From Bacteriovoracaceae bacterium (GTDB taxonomy: Bacteria; Bdellovibrionota; Bacteriovoracia; Bacteriovoracales; Bacteriovoracaceae): 64,000 bases of DNA. Within the stretch, counting starts at the first letter, position 1. The number at the start of each line of letters is the position of its first letter. The notes below the pieces were generated by a model. That model was not told the DNA's origin, did not search any database, and worked only from the letters and a program-made list of their open reading frames with translations. This document shows positions 18,773-27,610 of this stretch, piece by piece. Made by a program: the position numbers and the translations under genes. Location of the stretch: positions 100,744 through 164,743 of the forward strand of contig JABIHA010000085.1 in assembly GCA_018649885.1 (NCBI GenBank), written 5' to 3'.

Positions 18773-19698
18773 AGAGGATTTTCTTCTAGAAATTTTTCGG
18801 CCTTAATGGCAGCAGCACATCCAGAACCAGCAGCTGTAATGGCCTGTCTGTAATAGGGATCTTGAACATCTCCACAAGCGAATACGCCTGGGACATTTGT
18901 ATCGGGATGACCACTTGTTTTAATAAAGCCGTGCTCATCGAGCTCAATTTGCCCTGCAAGGAACTCAGTATTTGGATGATGTCCAATACCGTAGAATAAT
19001 CCGTCCGCAGATTTCTCGACTCTTTCATTTGTCTGAGTGTTTTCCACGACTATACCAGTTAGTCCAGATTGGTCGTATTTTAATTCCACAACAGATTGAT
19101 TCCAAAGAAACTCTATTTTTTCATTTTCGCGGGCCCTTTTTTGCATGGGCTGACTCGCTCTAAGGGTATCTCTTCTGTGGACGATATAAACTTTTTTGGC
19201 AAACTTGGTAAGAAATGTTGCCTCTTCCATGGCCGTATCACCGCCACCAACAACATAAACCTCTTTGTCTCTGTAAAAGAAACCATCACATGTGGCACAG
19301 GCAGAAAGGCCTCTTCCCATTAACTCAGCTTCATGTTCAAGGCCCAGAAACTTTGCTGATGCCCCTGTAGAGACAATCAAAGTCTTGGTCATAATCTCAT
19401 CACCGTTTTCACATGTAAGCTTAAAGGGGCGGCTACTTAGGTCTGCATGGGTCACTTTTGTACTGAGAAACTCAGTTCCAAACCGGAGGGCCTGCTTTCT
19501 CATATTTTCCATAAGATCAGGTCCCATTATGCCTTCGGGGAATCCAGGGAAATTATCTACATCAGTTGTGAGTGTTAGCTGTCCTCCTGGGAGTCCACCT
19601 TCAATCACTAAGGGGGCCAAGTCAGCCCTTGAATTATACAGAGCAGCAGTAAAACCGGCAGGTCCTGTTCCAACTATAACGACTTCCCTTGTACTCAT
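18769..19698 (-). CDS. trxB: Thioredoxin reductase
   Basis: GTGPAG, GGQL, CATCDG, GGGDTAMEEA, FACGDV. Confidence 0.97.
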   Translation of the reverse strand: MSTREVVIVGTGPAGFTAALYNSRADLAPLVIEGGLPGGQLTLTTDVDNFPGFPEGIMGPDLMENMRKQALRFGTEFLSTKVTHADLSSRPFKLTCENGDEIMTKTLIVSTGASAKFLGLEHEAELMGRGLSACATCDGFFYRDKEVYVVGGGDTAMEEATFLTKFAKKVYIVHRRDTLRASQPMQKRARENEKIEFLWNQSVVELKYDQSGLTGIVVENTQTNERVEKSADGLFYGIGHHPNTEFLAGQIELDEHGFIKTSGHPDTNVPGVFACGDVQDPYYRQAITAAGSGCAAAIKAEKFLEENPL

Positions 19699-19702
19699 AT
19701 GC

Positions 19703-19942
19703 CTATGCCTCGCTTTCTTCCTGCTCTTCTTCTTCTTCTTCCTCTTCGAAGTATTCTACTTCCTCAGCTTGCTTTTTTTCGAGCTCAGGTCTGTCATCTT
19801 CTTCAGGATGAAGTTCATAGTAGGCACCTACTGAAACCAAGTCATCAGGATTTTGTGCTTTTCCATGTATTTTGAATTTACGCCCGGTAATGGTGCAATT
19901 GTAAAAGTTAAATTCAACACCGCGCTTCTTTCTCTTGGCCAA
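19703..19942 (-). CDS. Small hypothetical protein with basic N-terminus and acidic tail
   Basis: 79 aa, TTG start after GGAG, ends 4 nt before trxB. Confidence 0.7.
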   Translation of the reverse strand: MAKRKKRGVEFNFYNCTITGRKFKIHGKAQNPDDLVSVGAYYELHPEEDDRPELEKKQAEEVEYFEEEEEEEEQEESEA

Positions 19943-20095
19943 GGTAGATCTCCAGAAAATGGTTTAAGAGGATTTTATAATTGAGGGGGGGGCTTTGTGC
20001 AAGTAATCTATCTAAATATGTTTAGATTTTTGGATAGGTGTCGTAAAATAGAAGAGCTACGGAAGCGCAACGTAGTTTTGTTGCGTTGGGTTATA

Positions 20096-20105
20096 ACAAG
20101 GAAGT
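20096..20105 (+). promoter_or_regulatory. Putative CsrA/RsmA site at the RBS
   Basis: ACAAGGAAGT matches (A/U)CANGGANG(U/A), 8 nt before the ATG at 20114. Confidence 0.4.
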
Positions 20106-20113
20106 CACTACCC

Positions 20114-21619
20114 ATGGCGAGATGCATTTTCTTATTTTTTTCCCTGATATTTTCGGGCCACGCCCAGATGGTTCCCATGAAGGTCAAATTGCTCAGGGTC
20201 AGCAAAAGCAAGAGAACTGTTATTGTTGATCGAGGCCATCTAGATGGTCTTGAAAAAGATGATTTCTCCATTTTTCTTATTCGGCCTGATGATCTTAAGG
20301 ATGAGCATTACTATGTGGCCAAAGGAAGACTGTCTTCTCTTTCTCACAATTATTCTATGTGGGATTTAGTGGAGGTGGCCGATCCTCTTGCCTTAGAAAA
20401 AGGTGGTCGCCTGGTTATGAAAAACCAAAGAACAACTTTTAAAGGCAGAGTTCCAAAAAAGATGGATCGAAAAAAAGTGATTTTGAATTCAAACGGCTCC
20501 AGGGCAGAAGTCAAATCAAAGGTTGATGGGCTCTATCAGAAGGGTCCTAATTTAAACCCTAAATTGACTGAAGGTTTTAAGGGCGGCGATACCTACACAA
20601 AGCTAGAAGATACCGCAACTTGGGAAGAAGATGATGATCTGGAACTTAATGCGCTAGACTTAGTGCTTAAGAGCAAGTCAGAGTCACCTACAAGAAAAGA
20701 TATGTCTGAAGATGATTTACAAAAAGTCGTCCAGACAGAAGAGTTTTATAGAATCAATGGGGGAGAGCTTAAAGAGTTGCAAGACCCCTCTATGTCATTA
20801 TCGGGAAAATACAGTGACAGTATGAGAGTGGACGATATGGTTGATTTCCAAGATAAGGCTGCCTATCCCTCAACTTATGATCAAGTGAAATCACATCTTG
20901 TGAATAATGAAAGGTTTCTTAAAGATGATGCTCTACTGAGAATCGAAGATGAAGGGCCGGGTTGGTCAGATTATTTTACTGAAGCAGAGCTGGCTTCATT
21001 TGTTCATAAAAATGGACTTCGGGAAGAATTAGAAAAGCAGCAAGAAGCAGTCAATAGTACTGATAAAATTAATGATATTTCTTTTACCATGTCCTTACCT
21101 GTTGTCGATTCATCAGATTCAGAAAATGCTCAAAATAAAAATAGCAAAAATTTTGATATCGGAATTGGTCACGAAATTTATCTTGGTAGTCGTTTTCCAT
21201 CCTTTCATCATTTTGGATTTAAATACGGACTTGTTAAATCTTACTCGAGCGTTGGTCTTGAAGGTGCTAATGGCTCATTTTCAGAATTGTATATATTGGG
21301 AACAATTTTTTGGTATCCCTTTCAGTCTCCCCAAAGAGTTAAAACACCTATGTTTTATCTGGGTCTTGGTACCAAAAGAGGGACCGGAACAATGACTTTA
21401 AATGACTCTGGAAAAATTTCGAAATATTCGACTTCCTCACTTGCTAGACTTTTTACAGGACTTAAATTTAGATTTTCTCAAACATTGGGAATGAGGGCAC
21501 AGATTGGATTATCGAGAGATACTTTAAGACAAAGTGATTTGTCTGATTCACTGGTTTTTCCAACTGATGTAAGTGTTACTGAAATTAAGTTTGGAGTTAG
21601 CTTAAGCACGTATTTGTAA
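20114..21619 (+). CDS. Exported protein with N-terminal FlgT-C-like domain and probable C-terminal beta-barrel
   Basis: Signal peptide from ATG 20114 (track start 19997); TVIVDRGHLDGL; amphipathic C-terminal strands. Confidence 0.65.
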   Translation: MARCIFLFFSLIFSGHAQMVPMKVKLLRVSKSKRTVIVDRGHLDGLEKDDFSIFLIRPDDLKDEHYYVAKGRLSSLSHNYSMWDLVEVADPLALEKGGRLVMKNQRTTFKGRVPKKMDRKKVILNSNGSRAEVKSKVDGLYQKGPNLNPKLTEGFKGGDTYTKLEDTATWEEDDDLELNALDLVLKSKSESPTRKDMSEDDLQKVVQTEEFYRINGGELKELQDPSMSLSGKYSDSMRVDDMVDFQDKAAYPSTYDQVKSHLVNNERFLKDDALLRIEDEGPGWSDYFTEAELASFVHKNGLREELEKQQEAVNSTDKINDISFTMSLPVVDSSDSENAQNKNSKNFDIGIGHEIYLGSRFPSFHHFGFKYGLVKSYSSVGLEGANGSFSELYILGTIFWYPFQSPQRVKTPMFYLGLGTKRGTGTMTLNDSGKISKYSTSSLARLFTGLKFRFSQTLGMRAQIGLSRDTLRQSDLSDSLVFPTDVSVTEIKFGVSLSTYL

Positions 21620-22755
21620 TGATCAAGGAGATGATTGTGCGGTTTTATTTAGGTTTTTTTCTTGTTTGTGCTATACTTGTATCGCTGCCTGCGCGCTCGC
21701 TTGAGATTGATGAAAAACTAACTTTTAGAATACTAAAACTTTCTCATTCCACTGATACTGTACTTACAAATAGAGGAATCGAAGATGGTGTCGCAGTGGG
21801 CGATCATGCAAAGTGGTTTATCACTGTTGGAGTCGTTGCGAGGGCCGTTGTTATAAAGGCGTCTCCTACAAGGTCAGTGTGGTCTGTTTATAAAAAAATA
21901 GATAAGTCTTATATCAAAGAAGATATGGTTTTAAATTTAAAGATCACTCCTCCTGTTAAATTGACAACTGATCCCAGTAAAGTATTTGCAAAGACAGTCA
22001 ACGCAGGCAGAGTGCACGACTATAATAAAATCCCTCTCGCTGAGAATGCCAATGATTTGGATAAGCCAATTGAATTGCCAGATATGACGGACGAAGATAG
22101 AAGGGAGCTTGAAGCAATTTATGCTAAATCAACGGCCCAAATTTCTATGGACGATCGTTTGTGGGAAATATGGTCACAGCTACATATTGGGAACCTTGCA
22201 GTTCAAAACTCAGCCGATGTTTCATCAATTAATGATACTGAAGGCGCCCATACATATTTTGATTTATCGCTAGGAATAGAGAAATACTTTGAAGATTTTG
22301 ATACATGGTACGGACCTCTTTCATTTTACCCGATGCTACATTTCACCAAGCATAATTCAATAAGTATTGATGGAATGTCTGTATCATCAACCGTTTTTGA
22401 ATGGGGAATGGGTTTTAGGTACCACTTTTTCAATCCGCCAAATTTAACTGGTGGAGTCTCCCTTTTTCTAGGGATGAATCTAGGTCTTGGTATTGCCAGA
22501 GAAACAAGAGAGGATCAGCAGGACGCTGCTAGTGATATTAATGAGCCTACTATAAAAGGTAAAACTTGGTACTTTGCTTTTGAGTCGGGGATTAAATATT
22601 ATTGGATGTCAGGCCTTGGCATTAGAGCATCACTGGATTGGTATCGAAGAAGAGAAGAGTACGATCCTGAAGATCTAACTGCAACCACAACAGTAATTAG
22701 AAGAAGAGTTGTGAGAGGTCCTAGGATTGCTATAGGGATCAGCTATCGTTTTTAG
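21619..22755 (+). CDS. Outer-membrane beta-barrel protein, paralogue of the upstream gene
   Basis: TVLTNRGIEDGV; ends IGISYRF (BAM-type terminal Phe). Confidence 0.7.
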   Translation: MIKEMIVRFYLGFFLVCAILVSLPARSLEIDEKLTFRILKLSHSTDTVLTNRGIEDGVAVGDHAKWFITVGVVARAVVIKASPTRSVWSVYKKIDKSYIKEDMVLNLKITPPVKLTTDPSKVFAKTVNAGRVHDYNKIPLAENANDLDKPIELPDMTDEDRRELEAIYAKSTAQISMDDRLWEIWSQLHIGNLAVQNSADVSSINDTEGAHTYFDLSLGIEKYFEDFDTWYGPLSFYPMLHFTKHNSISIDGMSVSSTVFEWGMGFRYHFFNPPNLTGGVSLFLGMNLGLGIARETREDQQDAASDINEPTIKGKTWYFAFESGIKYYWMSGLGIRASLDWYRRREEYDPEDLTATTTVIRRRVVRGPRIAIGISYRF

Positions 22756-22768
22756 GTAGTTATATTTA

Positions 22769-23503
22769 CTAAAGAATTTGGCGTAGGAAGTTCTTTGTTC
22801 GCTCTTGTTTAGGGGAAGTGAATATCTCATTAGGGGAGCCTTGTTCAACGATTTTACCATCGCTCATAAAAACAACTCTTGTCCCCACTTCTTTTGCAAA
22901 GCCCATTTCATGTGTAACACAAACCATGGTCATGCCTTCACTTGCTAGTAATTTCATAATATCAAGAACCTCTCCAACCATTTCTGGATCAAGTGCAGAG
23001 GTCGGCTCATCAAATAACATTATTTGGGGATCCATAGCAAGAGCGCGGGCTATGGCCACTCTTTGTTTTTGTCCACCAGAGAGCTGTTCTGGGTATTTAT
23101 CTCTTTGATCTAAAATCCCTACTTTTAAAAGCAATTCTTCCGCTTTCTTGGTGGCCTCAACTTTTGATTTTTTTAATACCTTCATTTGGGCCAAGATAAT
23201 ATTTTGAAGGATTGAAAGGTGAGAGAATAAATTAAAAGACTGAAAGACCATTCCTACATTTTGTCTTAGATGATCAATATTTGTTTTTGGAGAGTAGAGA
23301 TCTGATCCAAGTACGACAACCGTTCCAGAATCTATAATTTCAAGTCCATTAATACATCGAAGCAGTGTACTTTTTCCAGAACCACTTGGTCCTATGATCA
23401 CTAAAACCTCAGATGGTACCACATTAATACTTACCGTACTTAGGGCATGAGTTTTTCCAAAAATTTTTGATACGCCTTCAACACTGATAATATTTTCGCT
23501 CAC
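22769..23503 (-). CDS. glnQ: Polar amino acid ABC transporter ATP-binding protein
   Basis: [28 protein letters not shown]. Confidence 0.93.
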   Translation of the reverse strand: MSENIISVEGVSKIFGKTHALSTVSINVVPSEVLVIIGPSGSGKSTLLRCINGLEIIDSGTVVVLGSDLYSPKTNIDHLRQNVGMVFQSFNLFSHLSILQNIILAQMKVLKKSKVEATKKAEELLLKVGILDQRDKYPEQLSGGQKQRVAIARALAMDPQIMLFDEPTSALDPEMVGEVLDIMKLLASEGMTMVCVTHEMGFAKEVGTRVVFMSDGKIVEQGSPNEIFTSPKQERTKNFLRQIL

Positions 23504-24462
23504 CGCTCCCCCCTTCTCATTTTGTTTTCGAAAGATTTAATTAAATGGGAGAGTCCATAGGTAAGAAGAAAATATAATAGGGCTATAGTAAGCCAAACTT
23601 CAAAAACCATGAAGCTGCTGGAAACTATCTCTCTGGCCGTTTTGGTTAAATCAGTTAGGGCCATTACCGAAACGAGAGAGGAGTCCTTAATAAGTGAGAT
23701 AAATACTCCTGCAAGAGAGGGAAGAGTATTTTTTAATACTTGAGGCAAAATGATAAAAACCATGGCCTGAAAATAACTCATACCTAGGCTTCTTGCTGCT
23801 TCCATTTGTCCGTAGTGAATATTTTGAATTCCAGAGCGGATTATCTCTCCAGCATAGGCTCCAGAAAAGAGGCCAAGGGCTATGACACCGCATAAGAAAC
23901 GATCATTTAATCCTACAACTGAACCAAACATAAAGTAGATTATAAAAAGTTGTACTAAAAGTGGAGTCCCTCTGATGACTTCAATATAAAATATGGATGG
24001 CCAACGAAAGAAGGGGTTTTTTGAGGTTTTCGATAGACCAGATGCCAAACCAAGAATTAGTCCCAATATACCACTGGCAAATGATAATTTTAAGGTGACA
24101 AGAAGTCCTGTTATCAGTGGTCCAAAACCCTTTGTCATTTTTTGGCCGAGTTCATCACCTTCAAACACAAGGTCATTTTCAGCTACAGTTTGCTGATTAG
24201 CCGGGATAGAGAAATTATAAGTATTTCCATCTTCACCAGTAAGAGTGATATTGCTATTTTCAATTTTTAAGATTTCTCCCCCCACGGGAGCATTAATGGA
24301 GACTGTATCTTCATACCAGAAATATTGTGGGATCCGCTCCCAAGTCCAGTTATAGTCAAAACGATTGGTGAGAATAATCACAAGGGAAAAGAAGGCAATA
24401 AAACTTGCTATTGAAAGTATTGCCCAGCCAGTATTTGAATGTACTTTTTTTAGAGTCGACAT
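23500..24462 (-). CDS. Polar amino acid ABC transporter permease
   Basis: [30 protein letters not shown]. Confidence 0.93.
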   Translation of the reverse strand: MSTLKKVHSNTGWAILSIASFIAFFSLVIILTNRFDYNWTWERIPQYFWYEDTVSINAPVGGEILKIENSNITLTGEDGNTYNFSIPANQQTVAENDLVFEGDELGQKMTKGFGPLITGLLVTLKLSFASGILGLILGLASGLSKTSKNPFFRWPSIFYIEVIRGTPLLVQLFIIYFMFGSVVGLNDRFLCGVIALGLFSGAYAGEIIRSGIQNIHYGQMEAARSLGMSYFQAMVFIILPQVLKNTLPSLAGVFISLIKDSSLVSVMALTDLTKTAREIVSSSFMVFEVWLTIALLYFLLTYGLSHLIKSFENKMRRGER

Positions 24463-24465
24463 GGT

Positions 24466-25257
24466 TTACTTAATCTGAGAAAGCCACTTATCACCTTTAA
24501 ACCATTTCTGGTAAAGCTTATCGTAGCGGCCATCATTTTTAACTTGAGAAATAAAATTATTGAGAAAATTTAAAAAATTGGGGTCACTCTTTCTAAGTGC
24601 CATGCCTATAGGTTCATGGGTGAAGGGGGTCGATAAGTGAATGACTTTACCCTTTCCTTTGGCATTTACAAAAATTGAGTTGTAGGGGTGATCATAAACA
24701 AAAGCATCAGCTTTTCCTGACATAATTTCAAGTGCTGCCTCTTGTTCTGTTTGATAGGCCCGGTATTTTGCATTTGGTAATAATTTCTTCACTGCTTGCT
24801 CACCTGTGGTGCCAAGTTTTGAAATAACATTGTATTTTGATGAGTTAAGTTGTCGGTAGTTTTTGATTTTTCCCTTTAATTTCTTATTTAACAAAATTGT
24901 TTGTCCCACAATAATATAAGGAGTTGCAAAATTGACTTTTAAATTCCTTTTTTGAGTGACAGTCATTCCACTCATTATTAGATCAAACTTTTTTGTCAAA
25001 AGAGCCGGTATAATGCCGTCCCATTCAGTGTTGATAAATTTGACTTTGACTCCCATTTCTTTTGCTAAAATTTTGGCCAAATCTACATCAAACCCAATCA
25101 AGCCGCCTTTCTTATTTTTCATTTCAAAGGGAATATAGCCCGCTTCCATACCAATTCTTATCTCTTTTCTGCTTACTATTTCTGATAGGAGGTCTTCAGC
25201 CGAGAAAGCGGAATAAGAAAGTGCATTTAGGATCAGACATAAAAATAAGAATTTCAT
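24466..25257 (-). CDS. Amino acid ABC transporter substrate-binding protein (family 3)
   Basis: YIPFE, GFDVDLA, WDGIIPAL, SGMTVT. Confidence 0.93.
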   Translation of the reverse strand: MKFLFLCLILNALSYSAFSAEDLLSEIVSRKEIRIGMEAGYIPFEMKNKKGGLIGFDVDLAKILAKEMGVKVKFINTEWDGIIPALLTKKFDLIMSGMTVTQKRNLKVNFATPYIIVGQTILLNKKLKGKIKNYRQLNSSKYNVISKLGTTGEQAVKKLLPNAKYRAYQTEQEAALEIMSGKADAFVYDHPYNSIFVNAKGKGKVIHLSTPFTHEPIGMALRKSDPNFLNFLNNFISQVKNDGRYDKLYQKWFKGDKWLSQIK

Positions 25258-25351
25258 AGGTTTTCTCTCAGTTTGTAAGTATGAATAATTTTAGCATGGG
25301 CCGGAGCTTTAATAAGGGCTTCGTGCGGCAAAGAAATAACTAGGTTATTTG

Positions 25352-27487
25352 TTAGCTGGCCATTTGGTTTTTTTGATCGATTAAGCGCATGACTGATTCA
25401 AATAATTCTTTAGACGAAAAGGGTTTTGTAATAAAACCTTTAAGATTTGGAGTTTTTTCTGAGTTTATCTGCTTTTTGGAAAAGCCTGAAACAAGTAGAA
25501 ATGGGAGCTCTGGATTAATACTCAGCACTTTCTCCATAAGCTGGGTCCCTGTTAGTTCTGGCATTGTTTGATCTGTAATTATAAGGTCAAACTTCTTAGG
25601 AAAACGAGTAATAATATTTAAGGCCTGAGAAGAGGAAGTCATGGAAAGAACTTTAAATCCCTTCTCTTCAAGCATATCTCTACCAATTTCTGATATATCA
25701 AATTCATCATCAACCCATAAAATGCTACCTTCACCGCTTGCCTCGAAATCAAGCTCGTCTTCATCAGGGGTAATGACTGTTTCATTAAAGGTGGGCAAAA
25801 CGATATCAAAAGTTGTACCTTTCCCCTCAGTAGAGAGCACATTAATCACACCTCCATGGTCAGAAATAATGCCATGTGTGACACTGAGGCCAAGGCCCGT
25901 ACCTTCACCTACTTTTTTTGTTGTGAAAAAGGGATCAAAAATTTTACTAATCACCTGATCACTCATTCCTACACCAGAGTCAGTGATCTTGATTGAGGAA
26001 TAGAGACCATCGGGTGATTTAGATAGCTCTCCATTATGAATATCAGGAGGTGCAAAACCTTCAATCTTTACAGTTAATCTTCCACCTGAGTCTTTCATAG
26101 CATGGAATGCGTTAGTACATAAATTCATAAAAACTTGATGAAGTTGTGTTTTATCAGCGTAGACTATCGCCTGCTCTGTAGGAATTTGTTCTACCACTGT
26201 AATAGTAGTAGGTAGAGTCGAGCGTATAAGTGATAGAACCTCTTCAAGAATCTCATTTACAGAAATATACTGTTTGTCTGATAAATTTTTCCGACTGAAA
26301 CTGAGGATTTTTTGAACCAAATCTTTTGCTCTCATGGATGAATTTCTAATTCTCTTTGCCGATTGAAATTCTTTTGATGAAGGCTCAAGGCTTCTCATTA
26401 GTCTTTCAGAGCTCATGAGAATTGGTGTTAAAATATTGTTAAAATCATGGGCAATTCCACCGGAGAGAGTCCCGATCGTTTCCATCTTTTGCGATTGCCG
26501 TAATTGATCTTCAAGTTTATCCTTCTCTGTTTCAATTCGTTGTTTTTCGGCCACATTAACTGCCATGATCATAAAGCATGGCTTTTCACCAAAATTAGTA
26601 TACTGAAAACTAGCTTCAACAGGATATATGGTCCCATCTTTATTTTTTAGATCAAGTAATAAAGTGACTCGATCAAATTTATATTCCTTTAGTGGCTTGA
26701 GTCTACTACCAAATTCTTTTTCATTATATTCATTAACTAGGTCAGCAAAGTTCATTTTGAATAATTCACTAATTGTATAGTTGAGTGACTTTCTAGCCTC
26801 CCTATTAAATTGAATGATATCAAAATTTGAAGCATCGATGATATAAATTTCTTGAAAGCATTCATCCATCACTCTAGCAAAGTTTATAGAAAGATTTTCG
26901 GCACGTTTTTTATCCGAAATATCTTGGACAATTCCTCTGATGACAGAGGATTGTTTTTTTTCATTTTCATCTAATATACATTCGCTTCTAAAATATCGGT
27001 TCTTGCCGTCAGGTGATTGTATTTTAAATTCTATAGCGAAAGGGGTTCCAAACTCTATGAGATCATTAAATTTCTCTTTAAACTGAAAAGAGTCATCGGG
27101 ATGTACCAGTTCAAAAAAATTTTCTATAGTCGGTTCAAATTCATCTTGATTTTGTTCAAAGATTTTATAGAGATCTTCTGACCAGTTGAGGGTTTTATCG
27201 TCTAAGTGATATTCCCATGAACCAATTTTAGCTAGCTTTAAGGCCCTATCAAGAGAGGTCTGTCTACTTTCAAAAACTTGTATAAATTCTTCAAATACAT
27301 TCTTAGTCAGCAGTTTTGGGCTTATACCTTTTTTCTTCGCATATTTTTCAACGGTATCAATGTATTCAACAACGGTGGCCTTTTTTAACTTGCCTAGAAT
27401 ATCTAAAAGCTCACCATTGTGCTTTTTAGATAGCTCGAATTTCTTTGTGAGAAATTCTCCAAATTGCTTGATAAAATGATTACTCAT
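25352..27487 (-). CDS. Hybrid sensor histidine kinase (PAS-PAS-HisKA-HATPase-REC)
   Basis: GGIAHDFNN, NLCTNA, DSGVG, FDPFFTTK, GTGLGL, DQTMP. Confidence 0.93.
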   Translation of the reverse strand: MSNHFIKQFGEFLTKKFELSKKHNGELLDILGKLKKATVVEYIDTVEKYAKKKGISPKLLTKNVFEEFIQVFESRQTSLDRALKLAKIGSWEYHLDDKTLNWSEDLYKIFEQNQDEFEPTIENFFELVHPDDSFQFKEKFNDLIEFGTPFAIEFKIQSPDGKNRYFRSECILDENEKKQSSVIRGIVQDISDKKRAENLSINFARVMDECFQEIYIIDASNFDIIQFNREARKSLNYTISELFKMNFADLVNEYNEKEFGSRLKPLKEYKFDRVTLLLDLKNKDGTIYPVEASFQYTNFGEKPCFMIMAVNVAEKQRIETEKDKLEDQLRQSQKMETIGTLSGGIAHDFNNILTPILMSSERLMRSLEPSSKEFQSAKRIRNSSMRAKDLVQKILSFSRKNLSDKQYISVNEILEEVLSLIRSTLPTTITVVEQIPTEQAIVYADKTQLHQVFMNLCTNAFHAMKDSGGRLTVKIEGFAPPDIHNGELSKSPDGLYSSIKITDSGVGMSDQVISKIFDPFFTTKKVGEGTGLGLSVTHGIISDHGGVINVLSTEGKGTTFDIVLPTFNETVITPDEDELDFEASGEGSILWVDDEFDISEIGRDMLEEKGFKVLSMTSSSQALNIITRFPKKFDLIITDQTMPELTGTQLMEKVLSINPELPFLLVSGFSKKQINSEKTPNLKGFITKPFSSKELFESVMRLIDQKNQMAS

Positions 27488-27507
27488 TAATTAGTACTCC
27501 ACTAAGG

Positions 27508-27534
27508 TTTTCGGAGTATTTCTAGCTAAATTGA
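27508..27534 (-). promoter_or_regulatory. Putative FliA (sigma28) promoter
   Basis: TCAA-N15-TCCGAAAA about 20 nt upstream of the kinase ATG. Confidence 0.4.
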
Positions 27535-27576
27535 TGGTTTTAAGTAGTTAAGAACTCTTAAGTTTGTGACATATAC

Positions 27577-27603
27577 AAAAAAAGCATGGAGTTTCCTCCA
27601 TGC
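27577..27603 (-). terminator. Rho-independent terminator
   Basis: GCATGGAG-GAAA-CTCCATGC followed by T7 on the minus strand, just after the stop at 27611. Confidence 0.8.
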
Positions 27604-27610
27604 ATTGTAT

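Noticed and set aside
19292..19834. 180-aa plus-strand ORF
   Set aside because: Antisense shadow of trxB and the small upstream gene
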